DNA from: Felis catus | Taxonomy: Eukaryota | Length of the DNA: 64,000 nt | Direction: 5' to 3' | Assembly: GCF_018350175.1 (NCBI RefSeq) | Contig: NC_058368.1 | Location: 24,740,001-24,804,000 of the forward strand | Part shown: positions 25,576 to 38,436 of the stretch, piece by piece | How the letters are laid out: every line of letters begins with the position of its first letter | How positions within the stretch are numbered: the stretch's first letter is position 1 | Translations under genes and position numbers: made by a program | The notes under the pieces: generated by a model | Seen by the model: the letters and a program-made list of their open reading frames with translations, nothing else | The model's database searches: none | What the model was told of the DNA's origin: nothing

Positions 25576-26043
25576 CTAAAAGAAAATGACAAGAGATTAG
25601 AGGTGAATCATTAACAAGGCACAAAATATTTTATACTAAAGTAAAACAAACAAAAAAACGAGCACATAATCTGAGTGATGGTGTTTTCCCAACACACAAA
25701 CGAGCCTGTATTCACCTTCCATTCATGTATGTTAGTCTGTCATAATAATAATTTCTTAATTATGTGAAGGATAGAAACGAAATAGAAACACCGCTAAGTA
25801 TTCATGTGTGTAAGAAGTATAGTGCTACATGTGTGACAGGAATTATTTTCATTAATAACAAGCAAACATTGCTTGAGTGTCCACTACATGCTGAAAAGTT
25901 AGTAAATATATTTTACATTCAATTATATCTTTTAGCTTATTTTGTCATGTTTCTACTTTTGTTTCTCTCTAGTCTCACTGTTAATCTAACAGCTAAAATT
26001 TCTTACTGAAATATGCCAACTCGGAATGAAAAAAACTATGTCC

Positions 26044-26404
26044 CGTTATGAACTAAATGTTTGTGTTCCCGCCATATTCACACATGAAAGCCCCAACCCT
26101 CCGTGTGATGCCATGTAGAGATGAGGCCTGTGTGAGGTAATTAGGGTTCCACGAGGTCTTAAGGGTGGAGCCCTTATAATGGGGTTAGTGCCCTTAGAAG
26201 AACAGGAGGGGACCAGAGCTCTCTCTTTCTACCGTGTGAGGATACAGGAAGAAGTCTGCTGTGAGCAAGAGACCTCGAACCAGGAAGCGAGACAGCTGAC
26301 CCCTCAATGCTAGACTTCCCAGCCGCCGGAACTGTGAGAAATGAACATTCGTTGTTGAAGTCGTTCAGTCGGTGGCATTTTGTCAAAGCAGCCGGAACTA
26401 AGAC
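26044..26404 (+). mobile_element. MaLR LTR (MLT1A/MST-like), solo
   Basis: Start .GTTATGAACTAAATGTTTGTG, internal GGGTGGAGCCCTTATAATGGG and GACTTCCCAGCC..C.GAACTGTGAGAAAT, end ACTAAGACA. Confidence 0.85.
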
Positions 26405-26639
26405 ACGCCTGCTGCCCCCCCATATCTTTAATGCTCCAGGAGAGTGGAAACATTTGTTTCTTAAGGGTCGTAGACTCACTAATGGTCACCTGACTGAACC
26501 AAGGGACTCCATTACTCAGCTCGTAGAGAAGGGAGACGCCGCCATAGTGCATCAGGCTACGCCAGGTAGCGTATAAGAATGAAAAGGTTCACGGCTAAAG
26601 AATCTTGAAGTTGAAAGTGCTGGTTTCAGAACTGAGATT

Positions 26640-26878
26640 TTACTTGTTTGTTTGTTTACGTTTTTATTTTTTTACCGAGAAAGCATGAGCTGGGGAGGGG
26701 CAGAGAGAGGAAGTGAGAGAAGCTCAAGCAGGCTCCATTCCCAGCACAGGGCCCATGGAGGGGCTTGATCTCACAACTATGAGACCACGACCTGCCAAAG
26801 TCAAGTGTCGGACGCTTAACTGACTGAGCCACCCCGGGCGCCCCGAGACTGACCCACCCCGGGCGCCCCGAGACTGAC
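26640..26878 (-). mobile_element. CAN-SINE with a 25-bp junction duplication
   Basis: CCACCCCGGGCGCCCCGAGACTGAC x2 at 26829-26878. Confidence 0.85.
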
Positions 26879-27581
26879 CTTGTATTAAAGTATTACTATT
26901 GGTAAACATGTATATAGACAAAAAGGAGGCGTTCTTTTTTTCCTGTCATTAGACACTCCTCTCTGCCGAACTGGCAGGTACACTTATGTAGGAGAAACGT
27001 GTCTGTCGTAGTCTCCAATCACTCCACTTACTGTGCCAACAATTAGCACCTTTACGTTTCCTTCTGCCTTTGGAAAGTGCTTCCCCCCTGTTTCCTTCCA
27101 TGAACTGTCTTCTCACTTCATTAGTGGCCTGCGTATAGTCAGCCGTCAGCTCACAAGGCAGCTGACCAGAAAGGCCTTCCCTAACCAACCTATGATAAAT
27201 AGTGACCTCCCAAACCTGTTTGCTGTGGTGATCATGGAAGGGTCTCGAAGAACCACATAGCGCTGAGAATGTGGAGCCTTTCCCCATCTCCCGAACTGCT
27301 CTAGCGACCTTTAAGTGCTTAGACCCTGAGTCTGTATCATACTATTCATTACACTTGTTTTGTGTAAATTTTGTTCATATAAGATCTACTTCTTTTAATA
27401 AGGCCCTGAAATAAATAAGGAATTATGACGTTTGATTCGTCTGTGTCGCCCCCACAGAACTCTGGATTCTACTCTGGAGTCAAATATTTTTTTAAATAAT
27501 ATTTATAGCCATGGAAATATTTTTTTTTTCTTGACTAGCTTCACCAACTCTTTAAAAGCTACATTCTCTCTCCCATTTGAA

Positions 27582-27788
27582 GCAAGGATGAGCAAACCAC
27601 ACTTTGCCAACTGTTTTTTTCTAAATAAAGTTTTATTGGAACATAGCCTTGCCCATAAGTTTAAGCATTGCATATAGCTGCTTTTGAACTATCGAACAGA
27701 GTTGAATACTTGTGACAGAGACCATGCAACCCTCAAAGCCTAACGTTTTACTATCCAGCCCTTTACAGAAAAAGCTTGCCAACCTCTC
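27582..27788 (+). mobile_element. MER58-like hAT-Charlie DNA transposon
   Basis: AAATAAAGTTTTATTGGAACA.AGCC ... CCCTTTACAGAAAAAG.TTGCCAACC are MER58A hallmarks. Confidence 0.8.
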
Positions 27789-27808
27789 ATTTAAAGTAGT
27801 TCGCTCCA

Positions 27809-28290
27809 GGGGCGCCTGGGTGGCTCAGTCGGTTAAGCGTCTGACTTCAGCTCAGGTCACGATCTCGCGGTCTGTGAGTTCGAGCCCCGCGTCGGGCTCT
27901 GGGCTGATGGCTCAGAGCCTGGAGCCTGCTTCCAATTCTGTGTCTCCCTCTCTCTCTTCCCCTCCCCCATTCATACTCTGTCTCTCTCTGTCTCAAAAAT
28001 AAATAAAAACTAAAAAAAAAAAAAAAAAAAAAATTATAAAGTAATTCGCTCCGGGGACACCTGAGTGGCTCAGTTGGTGAAGTGTCTGGCTCTTCATCCG
28101 GGCTCAGGTCCAAATCTCACAGTTCATGAGTTTGAGCCCCATATCCGGCTCTGTGCTGATAGCGCAGAGCCTGCTTGATATTCTCTCTCTCTCCCTCTTT
28201 CTCTGTCCCTCCCCCACTCATGCTCTCTGTCCCTCTCAAAAATAAATAAACTATAAAAAAATTTTTTTAAATAAGATTTAAAAAAAAAAC
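27809..28290 (+). mobile_element. Two tandem CAN-SINEs with a triplicated target site
   Basis: AAAGTAGTTCGCTCC / AAAGTAATTCGCTCC / AAAGTAATTCACTTC flank the copies. Confidence 0.92.
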
Positions 28291-28729
28291 AAAGTAATTC
28301 ACTTCAAAACCAGATAATCTGATATTTTTACTTCTAATGGTTGACAATCTTATTTCAAAACAACCTTCCCACTGAAACCGACAGGGTAAACAAACACAAC
28401 ACAATAAAGGCTTGGGGAATTACCAAGGGTAGCTAGGATTTCATAAACCAAACTTCCAGAGAGGAGAGAATCTCAGGGAGGTAAACACGATGCTCAACAC
28501 TACTTTTCTCCCGAAGTCATTTGCTTCATCAAAAGCTGTGGTCAAGAGGCTGAATAGAATCATAGCCAGCCTAATTAGGGCTAGAAAGATAAAAACTGTT
28601 CAGGGCTTACCAAAGTCGAGGGGGCCCTCCGACTTGGTATGAAAGGGCCGAAAGGCTACAGCCTTAGGAGAAAAGGTTAACAGGAAAGCTCTATAAGATT
28701 GAAGCTCAGATTAAAATAAAGAGCTTTTG

Positions 28730-29930
28730 AAGCTTCTGGTCCAAGATGGCAGTGTAGATAGTCCCTGAACTCACCTCCTCCATGCACACACCCAATCTAC
28801 ATACACCTACTCAGAGAGCAATTCCTCCTGAAGAAGAACCGAGGGCTGACTGAACAGCTTCTGCACGACAAAAGATAGAGACACCATGTAGAGAACGTCA
28901 AAGGAGATGGAAATACTATGAGGAAGGCAACCCGCGCCCTCCACGCACTGCAGTGGGATAGTACTGAGGGACCGGGAGCAGATTCATCTGCTCTGAGGCA
29001 CAGAGGAAAAGCCTGGGTTTAAGTGAACAACTGGAACAAAAAGGAACCAGCACGAGGACCCTGGCAAACCGCGGGAGAGCCGCTGGAGCTCTGGAACTCT
29101 CTCTGGGTTTGTGGGGCTGGTAAGCGCCACGGTTGATGCTCCCCCTCCACCTCCATAGGGCAGAGGGGAGCAGGCCCCGCTGGCGGCCCCAGGCCCCTAG
29201 CTCACACCAGCCCCAGGCTCCCGGGGACACAGAGAAAAAGCCGCGGTTTAAAGGAGCAGCTAGAATAGAAAAGATTTAGCCCTAGAACGCTGCCAAATGG
29301 AGGGGGGCTGCTGGAACTCTTTCTGGGTCGGAGGGGCTGGTGAACACCACGTTTAACATTTCCTGGCTGCCTTGACAGTGCAGGAAGAAGCAGAGTCTGG
29401 GCACCATAGCCGGTGTGCTGTCTCAGCGAGCCCCCGTTCCCTAGCCCACACCAGCCCTAGTCACCCCTCCAAGATGGCCCCAGGATGGTACACAGCGGGA
29501 CACTCCCAGTCAGTGCTACAGGGTCAGCCATCAAGCCAAGGTGACAAGGGGGCAAAGCACTCCAGAATAGTCCAGGCCTGCCCCCACGTCAGCTCCAGAT
29601 GGCTTGTCAGGGCACCCCTAGTGCAGAGGGCTTTGGGACTTTCTGGCTCATGCCTGCTTTGGCCCCAGCATCCCACCAGGGCCTCTCCCGTGAAAACCAC
29701 CCCAGGGAACCCCCAGCCTGCACCCTGTATCGGCTCCAGCCACCCCACAAGGGTGACCCTGTGCAGAGCGTCCCAGGGCGACCTGACTTGCACACACTTA
29801 AGCTTCAGCTGTCCTGCCAATATGTCCTCTGCACGGAGAACCCTGAGACCCCCCCTGCGCCCTCCCGCCCCCCACCGGGCCCATACCCACTTTAGCTCCA
29901 GCCACCCCACCAGGGCAGCCCCGGCACCAG
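28730..29930 (+). mobile_element. L1 5'UTR-like GC-rich segment (carnivore/eutherian L1) without ORF1/ORF2
   Basis: Begins ..CCAAGATGGC (YY1 motif typical of L1 5' ends) followed by CCCTGAACTCACCTCCTCC; contains diverged ~230-bp internal repeats. Confidence 0.65.
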
Positions 29931-31170
29931 CTAGAACGATCTTTACAATTATGAAAGGTTTCTTTCAACTCCAGTTTACTTAGAGGTATATTTGTTTTCC
30001 TTCATCCTCAGTGCGTGTTGAATGTTGTCAAGTTTTTGCATCTATTGAGATGATATTGTTGAGAATAACACTGATTTTCAAATATCAAGACAACTTTGAG
30101 TTTCTTGTAAAAGCTTCATTTAGTCATGATACATTGTCCTTCGTTTTAAAACTTTTCACATTGCAGGATTTGAATTCCTAATATTTTCTTGAGAAATTTT
30201 GCACACACATTTATGAAAAACAGTGGCCCATAATTTTTCTTTCTTACAATATCCTTGTGTGGCTTTGGTATGAGAGTTATACAGGCATCATAAAATAAGG
30301 TGGTGTAAACAGGTGTTGTATCTCCCTTACATGTTTGGTAGACTCACTGGGGACGTCCTATGGGCCTGGAACTTTCTTTGTGTGAAGGCTCTTAATTAAA
30401 ATTTTAATTAGATTTTTTTACAGATACGAAACTGTACTGGTGTTCTATTTCTTATTACGCCTGTTTCAGCAAGTTGTGTTTTCCAGTGAAGTTTTCCATT
30501 TCATCATAGCCGTGGCACTCACTGGGAAAATGTTCGCAGTGTTTTATTATTTTTTATTTTAAAGTCTGTGAGACATGCGGTGATTTCCCCTTTTCTATTT
30601 TGATTTTGATATTTAGAATTTTCTTTCCTTTTTCCTTAACCAATCATATTATGGATTTAGAAATTTTATTCCTCTTTTTAAAGAACCAAGTTTTGTCAAA
30701 TGCCTTTTCTGCATCAATTGAGATGATTATGTATTTTCTCCCCTTATGCAGGAATGTCTATTGATTGATTTTCTTATGTTGAATCACCCTTTTATTTCAA
30801 GAATAAATGTCACTTAGTTATTATGTATAATCCTTTTAATTTTTTTTAAATCACTTTGCTAGTATTTTACCCAGGAGAATACTTTGCTAGTATTTTGTGG
30901 GAGAGGGGCAGAGAGAGAGAGGGAGAGAGAGAATCTCAAGCAGGCTCTGTGCTGTCCGTGAGTAGCCCGACAAGGCTTGATCTCAAGAACCACGAGATCA
31001 TGACCTGAGCCGAAATCAAGAGTTGGACACTTAAGTGACTGAGCCAGCCAGGTGCTCTGCTGAGGATTTTTATCTATATTCATAGGGGGTGTTGGTCTGT
31101 GGTTTTCTTGTGGTGTCTTTTGTTCCCTTGGTATCTGGGTTATATTGACAGCATAGAATATGTTAGAGAT

Positions 31171-32127
31171 TATGATATTCTAGTTTAAAAGAATATATAT
31201 TTGTTCACTCAGATGACCAAAATATATCTCTCATATGTGTATTTGGTCTTCATTCCAAAGTTCCTGGCTCACAGCTTCCCACATCTTTGAAATTTCTAGA
31301 GTCATAAAAGCAATGGGAACATCTTCTGTTATATTTAATTCCTTGTCCTCCATTCCTGAAACCACATCAGAGCCATAAAGATGAAATGGGTGTCTTGTTA
31401 TTCATGACAAGCCCCTTTCTACAACTGGGTTTCTGTTAATGAGGCGGCTTGTGGAAAGCCCTGAAGGATGGAGCCTGGTTGCCAGGGGAACCAACCATGT
31501 GATTAGAGGGTTGGCATTTTTGGCCTCATCAGCTGCCCTCCTCCAGAGAGGGAAGAGGGGAGGAAGATTGAGTTCAATCACCAAAGGTCAGTGGTTTAAT
31601 CAATTATGCCTGTGTAATAAAGCCTCCAGAAAACCAAAACGACAGGGTTTGGAGAGCATCCTGGTTGGTAAATACATGGAGATTTGGGGAGAGTGGTGCC
31701 TGGAGAGGATATGGAAGTTCCATATACTTTTTCCATACTTAGCCCTGTGTATCTCTTTATCTGACTGTTGATTCATATCATTTAATATTCTTTGTAATAA
31801 ACCAGTTATCTAGCAAGTAAATGGGATTCCTGATTTCTGTAAGCCACTCTAGCAAATTAATTGAACCCAAGGAGAGGGTCGTGGGAACCTCTAATTTGTA
31901 GCCAATTGGTTAGAGGTGTAGGTGACAGCCGGGGCATGTGATTGGCATCCTAAGTTGAATGGCAATCTTGTGGGAGTGAGCACTTTACCTGTGGAATCTG
32001 GTGTTATCTCTAGGTAGTGTGAGAATTGAGTTGAATTGTAGGACACCCAGCTGGTATCTGAGAATTGCGTAGTGGTGTGGGGCAACTGCTCCCCCCCCAC
32101 CATGGTGGAACTGGGTTCAGAATACCA
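31171..32127 (+). mobile_element. MER21-like ERV solo LTR inserted in L1
   Basis: Hallmarks AACCAACCATGTGATTAGAGGGTTGG, CTCTAGCAAATTAATTGAACCCAAGGAG and GGACACCCAGCTGGT; L1 text resumes on both sides. Confidence 0.8.
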
Positions 32128-32574
32128 TTAGAGGTGTTCTCTCCTCTTTCATTTTCTGGAAGAGTTTGAGAGGTATAGGTATTCATTTTTCTTTAAATGT
32201 TTAGCAGAATTCATCCATGAAGCCATCTGGTCCTGGACTTTTCTTTGTTGGGAGGTTTTGATTATTTACTCAATCTCTTTATTCAGTATAGGTTTACTCA
32301 GATTTCTATTTGTTGTTGAGTCAGTTTTGGTAATTTGTGTTTTTCTAAAAAATGTTTCCTTTCATCTAAGATATTTAATTTGTTGGCTTACAGTTGTTCA
32401 TAGTATTCTATTATAATCCCTTTTATTTCTGTAAAGTCAGTAGTAATGTCTCCATTTTCATTTTTGGTTTTAGTTATTTGTATTTTCTTTTTTCTTCATT
32501 TAGCTAAAGATTTGTTGATTTTATTGATCTTTTTAAAGAACTAGATTTTTTGTTGATTCTCTCTACTGCTTTTC

Positions 32575-32783
32575 TTTTCTTTTTAATGTTTATTTATTTT
32601 AGAGACAGAAAGACAGAGCACAAGTGGGGGAGGGGCAGAGAGAGCCTGAGATGGAATCTGAAGCAGGCTGCACACTCTGAGCTGTCAGCACAGAACCTGA
32701 TGTGGGGCTCGAACCCCCAAACCATGAGATCAGGACCTGAGCTGAAGTTGGACGCTCAACCAACTGAGCCACCCAGGCGCCCC
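32575..32783 (-). mobile_element. CAN-SINE
   Basis: SINE body; TSD TCTCTCTACTGCTTTTCT. Confidence 0.92.
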
Positions 32784-35771
32784 ATCTCTCTACTGCTTTT
32801 CTATCTACTATTTCATTAATTTCTGTTGTAATCTTTCTTACTTCCTTCTTGCTGCTAGTTTAGGGTGTAGTTTTCTCTTTTGTTCAGGTTCCTCAAGGTG
32901 TAGAGTTAGGTTGTTGATTTGAGATTTTTCTTCTCCACATACCCTTTCCACACGCATTCACCTGGTCTTCCCCAACATCAACGTTTCACACATCAGTATG
33001 ATGTATTTGTTATAATCAATGAACCAACATTGCACACATCATTATCAACCCAAGTCCATAATTTACATTAGAATTCAAACCTCTTGTTGAATAGTCTGTG
33101 GGTCTTGACAAATGTATAACAAAATGAATCCATTAGCACAGTATCATATAAAATAATTTTACAGCCCTGAAAATCCCTTGTACTCCTCCCATTCAACCTT
33201 CCTTCCCTCCTCCAACATCCCTGGCAACCACTGATAGTTTTACTATCTCCATAGTTTTGCCTTTTCCAGAATGTTTTTTATTGTTGTTATTTGATTACTG
33301 CCTCACTGGTGCTTAATTATTTTGCAATCTGCCATATTGATTCTTGTCTTGTTCTCTTTTGTGGTATATTTTTAAGACAGTTTCTTAATAGTTGTTACCA
33401 TGGAGATTATAGTTGGCACCTTAAATTTATAACAATCTAGTTTGGACTGATACCACGTTAACTTCAATAGCACAAAAAAATTTTTGTCCCTATACACATC
33501 TACCCCTGTCCTTGTTGTGTCATCAAAAATGACATCTTTCTACATTGTGTGTCCATTAACATATATTGATAATTACTGTTTTATGCATTTATCTTTTAAA
33601 TAACACAGGAAATAAAAAGAAGTGTTGAAAATCAAAAATAGAACAATGCTGGGTTTTATATGTACCTATGTAGTTACCTTTACCAGATTTTATTTCTTTT
33701 TCAGGTTTTGAGTTCCTGTCTAATAACTTTTCATTGCAGACTAAAGAATTCTCTTCGGCATTTCATATAGGACAGGTGTACTAATAACAAACTCCCTCAG
33801 CTTTTGTTTATCTTGGAACATCTTAATTTGTCATCTGGTTTTTGAAAGATAGTTTTGCTGGATATAGGATTCTTGGTTGAGAGATTGCTTTTCTTTCTTC
33901 ACTTTAAAAATGTCATCCCATTCCTTTCTGACTTCCATGGTTTCTGATGACAAATTGGCTATTAAGTGTGAGCATCCTTTATGCATGACAAATCATTCCT
34001 CCCTTGCTGTTCTCAAGATTTTCTCTAGCTTTTGATGGATTACAATGTGTTTCAATGTGAAACTGTCTGTGTTTATCCTTTTGGAATTTGTCAAGCTTCT
34101 GAGATCTACAGATTTGTACCTTTAATCAATTTGGGGAGGTTTTGGCCATTATGTCTTCAAATGTTCTTTCTGCCCGTTTCTTTCTCTTCTTTTTCTAGGA
34201 CTTCCATTACTTGGTACACTTGGTGGTGTCTGACTGGTCCCTTAGCCTCTGTTCATTTTTCTTTCTTCTTTCTCCTCCTTCTCTTTCTTCTTCCTCTTCT
34301 TCTTCTTTCTGTTTATTATATTTGATTATTTCAATTGACCTATCTTCCAGTTCTCTGATTCTTTCTTGTGCCTGCTCAAACCTACAATTCAAAGCTTCCA
34401 GTAAGGTTTTTTTTTTATTGTATTTTTCAGTTCCATAACTACTTTTTGGTTCTTCTTTGTAATTTCTATCTCTTTATTGATAAATCTCTGCTCACATATC
34501 ATTCTTCTGTTTTTTGTTTGTTTTTTTTTTTGTTTTTAGCTACTTCAGAATACTTAAGACAGTTGATTTAAAGCTTCCCCCCCCCCCCAGTAAGTCAAAT
34601 GTCTGTGCTTCCTCAGAAACAGTTTCTATTAATTTCTGCTCTGACTGGCCACATTTCTTGTTTCTTCACATATTCCATATTTTTTGTTGAAAACTGAACA
34701 GTTGCATATTATAATGTGGTAACTCTAAAAATCATATTACTCCCCCTTTTCATATTTTTTTTTAATTTTACTTGCTGTGGGCTATAGCTGTTAGTTTAGT
34801 GATTTTTCTTAATTGTTTTCGTGAAGTCTATAATTTTTCATGTGTTGTGTTTGAAATCTCTGGTCTGTTGGCTAGTGTTCAGTTAGTGTTTTGACAGAGA
34901 TTTCCTTGTACAACAGGACAGGAGTAGAGAGAGAATAATATTTCTTCCAGTCTTTTCAGATTGGCTCTACGCAAGGGCACCCTTTCAATGCTTAGCCAGG
35001 CCATTAAAAGGTAGTGATTGCATGGGATCTTCTCTAGAATGCGTCCTGCCCTGGCCATGTACATAGCTTTCTAAATTCTCCAGTATCCATAGGCCTTTTT
35101 GAATGCCTACCTTCCCCAAGAAACTCTCTTGTCTCTTTTTCTATTTTTGCAAGTTTTCTATGAGTTTGAACTTATTTCAAAATACATTTTTAAATGAAAC
35201 CAGGTCTTGAGGTCAAAGAGCTCTGACTTCAAACCTAAGGCTCCATTGCTTATTGGCTGGATGGTCTTTCACAAGTTATTTGCATTGGGCTTCAGTGCTC
35301 CTAACTGTAAACCGCAGATTATAATACCTATTTGGCCGAATTGTAAGCTTTAAGAGTAACATTTGCTTTGCACAGAGTGGGTCCTTAATAAATGGCAACT
35401 ATTATTATCGCTGTTCATCACACCAGGCTTGTGTTCAGTGAAAATTTAGCCTGTTGCTAGATGTGGCACAAGGGCCAAAGATTGCCCATAACTTCAAAAT
35501 ATGATAATTCCGAATCTCACTTTTTTTTTTTTACTCATGCCAGATAATGAAAATACACTACAATTTCTTTGGATCTTAACATTTTACAAAACTGGAATGA
35601 AGGCAAACTAGGACATAGGTTTAGAGATAAATTTCAATGCGGTCCTGGAAAATCTCTATTGTAACAGGAAGGCTCCCTTCAATACCGTGGAAACTAATCA
35701 AAGTTAAGAAACCTAGAGCAAGAATAATTGCTGATTTGAAAAGAAATTGCCATTAAAAAGATGTAGCATAC

Positions 35772-35932
35772 CTTAAGATTAAGTGCATTTCTTCCATGTA
35801 TTTGACAGTTAATTATGGCTAGGTTGGTCATGGCTATTATTGTTTCATATCGTGTTGCATTAATAGTCTTAAAACCTTCACCCCGTATCACATGTGATTC
35901 CTCTCTTTTTATAGGTTTAATGTTAACGATAC
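35772..35932 (-). CDS. LRRC63: LRRC63 coding exon 4 (GIVNIKPIKREESHVIRGEGFKTINATRYETIIAMTNLAIINCQIHGRNALNLK)
   Basis: Acceptor TTTCTTTAG|GT, donor AAG|GTATGC; 161 nt, phase 1-0; overlaps ORF 35694..35891; conserved LRRC63 segment. Confidence 0.93.
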
Positions 35933-36119
35933 CTAAAGAAACAGGAGAAAAAAATGAGACTTAAATACGTTAGCACTTAGAATGAAAGTTAAAAGGTATT
36001 TATATTACGGTCACAGTGAATCATGGTAAGTAGGTTAGCTGTGTACATCCTCTGGGAGAGAGTGCTCTGAGCCTTTACTAACCTAGTCCCACTGGTTCTA
36101 TTTGCTAAACTGGGCTTTG

Positions 36120-36120
<1 letters not shown>

Positions 36121-36165
<45 letters not shown>

Positions 36166-36170
36166 GTGTC
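36121..36170. repeat. (TG)n microsatellite
   Basis: Read directly. Confidence 0.95.
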
Positions 36171-37806
36171 TGTGTTTCAAATATTAGTTGGCACCTTTGT
36201 CTTTCCAAAGGAAAACCATATGCTCATAGATTTCTCTCCAGATAACTTAGATTCTATCAATCTCAGTCTTTTTGTGTTATGTGTACAAATATTTTCAAAA
36301 ATTTTACTACGAATTACATAAGCAACTTCTTGCTTCACAAAACTAATAAAGGACATCACATAATTGTAAGTCAGATAGAGATCACCTCGCAAGGGACACC
36401 CTCGCTTTGTTTCAAGGGCCTTATATAGTTTGGCTTTCTTGTCTCCGTTTGGAGACCCCACACAAGAAAAGAAAAAAAAAATCCAAACAACTTAGAAGTT
36501 AGTCAAACAGAGAGCATCTAAATTTACTTCCTCATGACCCTTGTGGGTTTCACCTTCAGAAACGGCCTATTCAAGTATAAACCCAAATGCAGCAGGAAAA
36601 TATTTTGTGACCTCGGAACATATATTTTACATTCACGGCCATTCTTGCTGTATTATTTGCAGCCACATATTTTACAATCTCGGAAAGCCTTAGGCCATGG
36701 CTTCAGTGAAAGGAAATCACGCATCCTAGACCAAAGACAGCAATGTTCAGTTTCTAGCTGCCAAAATAGGCCCCGTGTGCCCATCTCAGGTCAATAGATG
36801 TGAAAGGTAACTGCAGCATCAAGAGAGATGTATGATATGTTAGAGAGAGGCGTTGTCTTGGGAGAGAGAGTGGATCAAGAAGGAAAGGAGAGTGAGTTAA
36901 GACCTAGGTCTGTGTGCTGCTCCCAGCCCACCCATCCCCATGGACTAGGCCCAAGCATTGGTTTTGGAATGGAAATGGGAATCCAGGTGGAGAAAACAAT
37001 AGAAATGCCCTGATGGATCCCTGGAGGCTCTGGAAACTTTCAAAGAGGGGACCGCCAGAGTGGGACAAAGTCAACAAATCAGAAATGGCAGCATGATTTG
37101 TTTCAGCTGATGACCTGGGAAAAAGAGAAAGTCCTATCGTTGGAGCCTTCTGTGTTTAATCATTAACTGAATCATTCCTTGGTTATTTTTTCTGCTCTAG
37201 AATTGTATTTGACTCCTATTTTTAAAAACAAAACTTCTAGTTCTCTGGTAAAATTCTCTAACTCATTCTTTCCTTTCTTAAACATAGTCATCACAATGAT
37301 TTTTAAAATCCCTCTTTGAAAACTTTGGTATCTGATTCTATGTGTCTGTTTCTATTGCCTTTTTTCTTTCTACAGATCTTCAGACATTTTATCCTGTTTT
37401 TATAGGATGACTTGTGATTTTTTAATTTAATGCTGGATGTCGTGGATGAAAATTTTAAAGGGTCCGGATAACGCCATGTCTCTCCAACAAGTGTTAAATT
37501 TTCTTTAAAAGTGGAAAAAGTATCACTTTGATTCATTAGGGACTGGTTTTGAGCTTTGCTCGGGATAATCTATTTTAGTTTTGTACTTTTTTCTACAACA
37601 TCATCCTTATTTCTAAGGCATGGGTCCTCTGGGTCTTCAACTAAAAGCCCCATGTGTTTACAAGGCCCCTGCATCTTGGCAGAGCTTTAACTTCAATAAC
37701 TGCCTCCCATGCATGCTCGCTTCTCGTAGCTTCTCTGCTGATGTTGTCTGCTGTGTTTCTTAGAGTATTGTCCTGCACATGCACAGCTTAGAAATCAGCG
37801 GATATG

Positions 37807-38028
37807 GGGGCTCCTGGGGGGCTCTGTCGGTTAAGCATCCGACTTCGGCTCAGGTCATGATCTCACGGTTCATGAGTTCAAGCACCATGTCGGCTCTGTG
37901 CTGACAGCTCAGAGCCTGGAGCGTGTTTCAGATTCTGTATGTCTCTCTCTCTCTCTCTCCGCCCCTCCCCTGCTCACGCTTTGTGTCTCTCTCTCCCTCT
38001 CTCTCAAAAATAAACATTAGAAAAAAAG
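37807..38028 (+). mobile_element. CAN-SINE
   Basis: SINE head, (CT)n tract, A tail. Confidence 0.9.
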
Positions 38029-38367
38029 AGATGATTTTTCATTTGTTTTTTCTAGGTAACTAAAGTTAAAGCACTTAGAACAGTGCCTGGCACATGGAAA
38101 GTAGTTACCTTTCATTGTTGCATGTTTATTTCACCTACCCAGATTAAGAATGCTCCAGCTTTTATGTTCCCAGCATCAGTACAAACTTTGACTTATAGTC
38201 AATACGTCAAACATAGTTGCTGAGCAAATGGCTTAAAGAGCTGAAAATGAGGTGAGACATATGTGTGAACCCCACCCACATACACCAACACAAAATCATG
38301 AATACTTCTGTAGAGAGATAAACTTATGTACAGTTTTTTTAAAGAATGAAATACGCCTAGCGTTTAC

Positions 38368-38436
38368 CTTCCGTCAGGTTTGACACGCTTTGCCTCGACG
38401 TGCTTTCCACATTGTCGGATTCTGTTACTTGAGTTT
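38368..38436 (-). CDS. LRRC63: LRRC63 coding exon 3 (ETQVTESDNVESTSRQSVSNLTE)
   Basis: Long pyrimidine tract TTTTTTCTAG|AA, donor AAG|GTAAAC; 69 nt, phase 1-1, open in the required frame. Confidence 0.85.

Larger units (their letters stand above)
29940..35110 (-). mobile_element. Old L1 fragments (ORF2 to ORF1/5' region), interrupted by SINEs, an LTR and another L1 3' fragment
   Basis: T-rich ORF2 antisense text; ORF1 coiled-coil-like peptide at 34207..34392 (RFEQAQERIRELEDRSIEII). Confidence 0.8.

Noticed and set aside
29372..29983. 203-aa ORF on the + strand
   Set aside because: Non-ATG start, lies in GC-rich L1 5'UTR-like sequence, no recognisable protein features.
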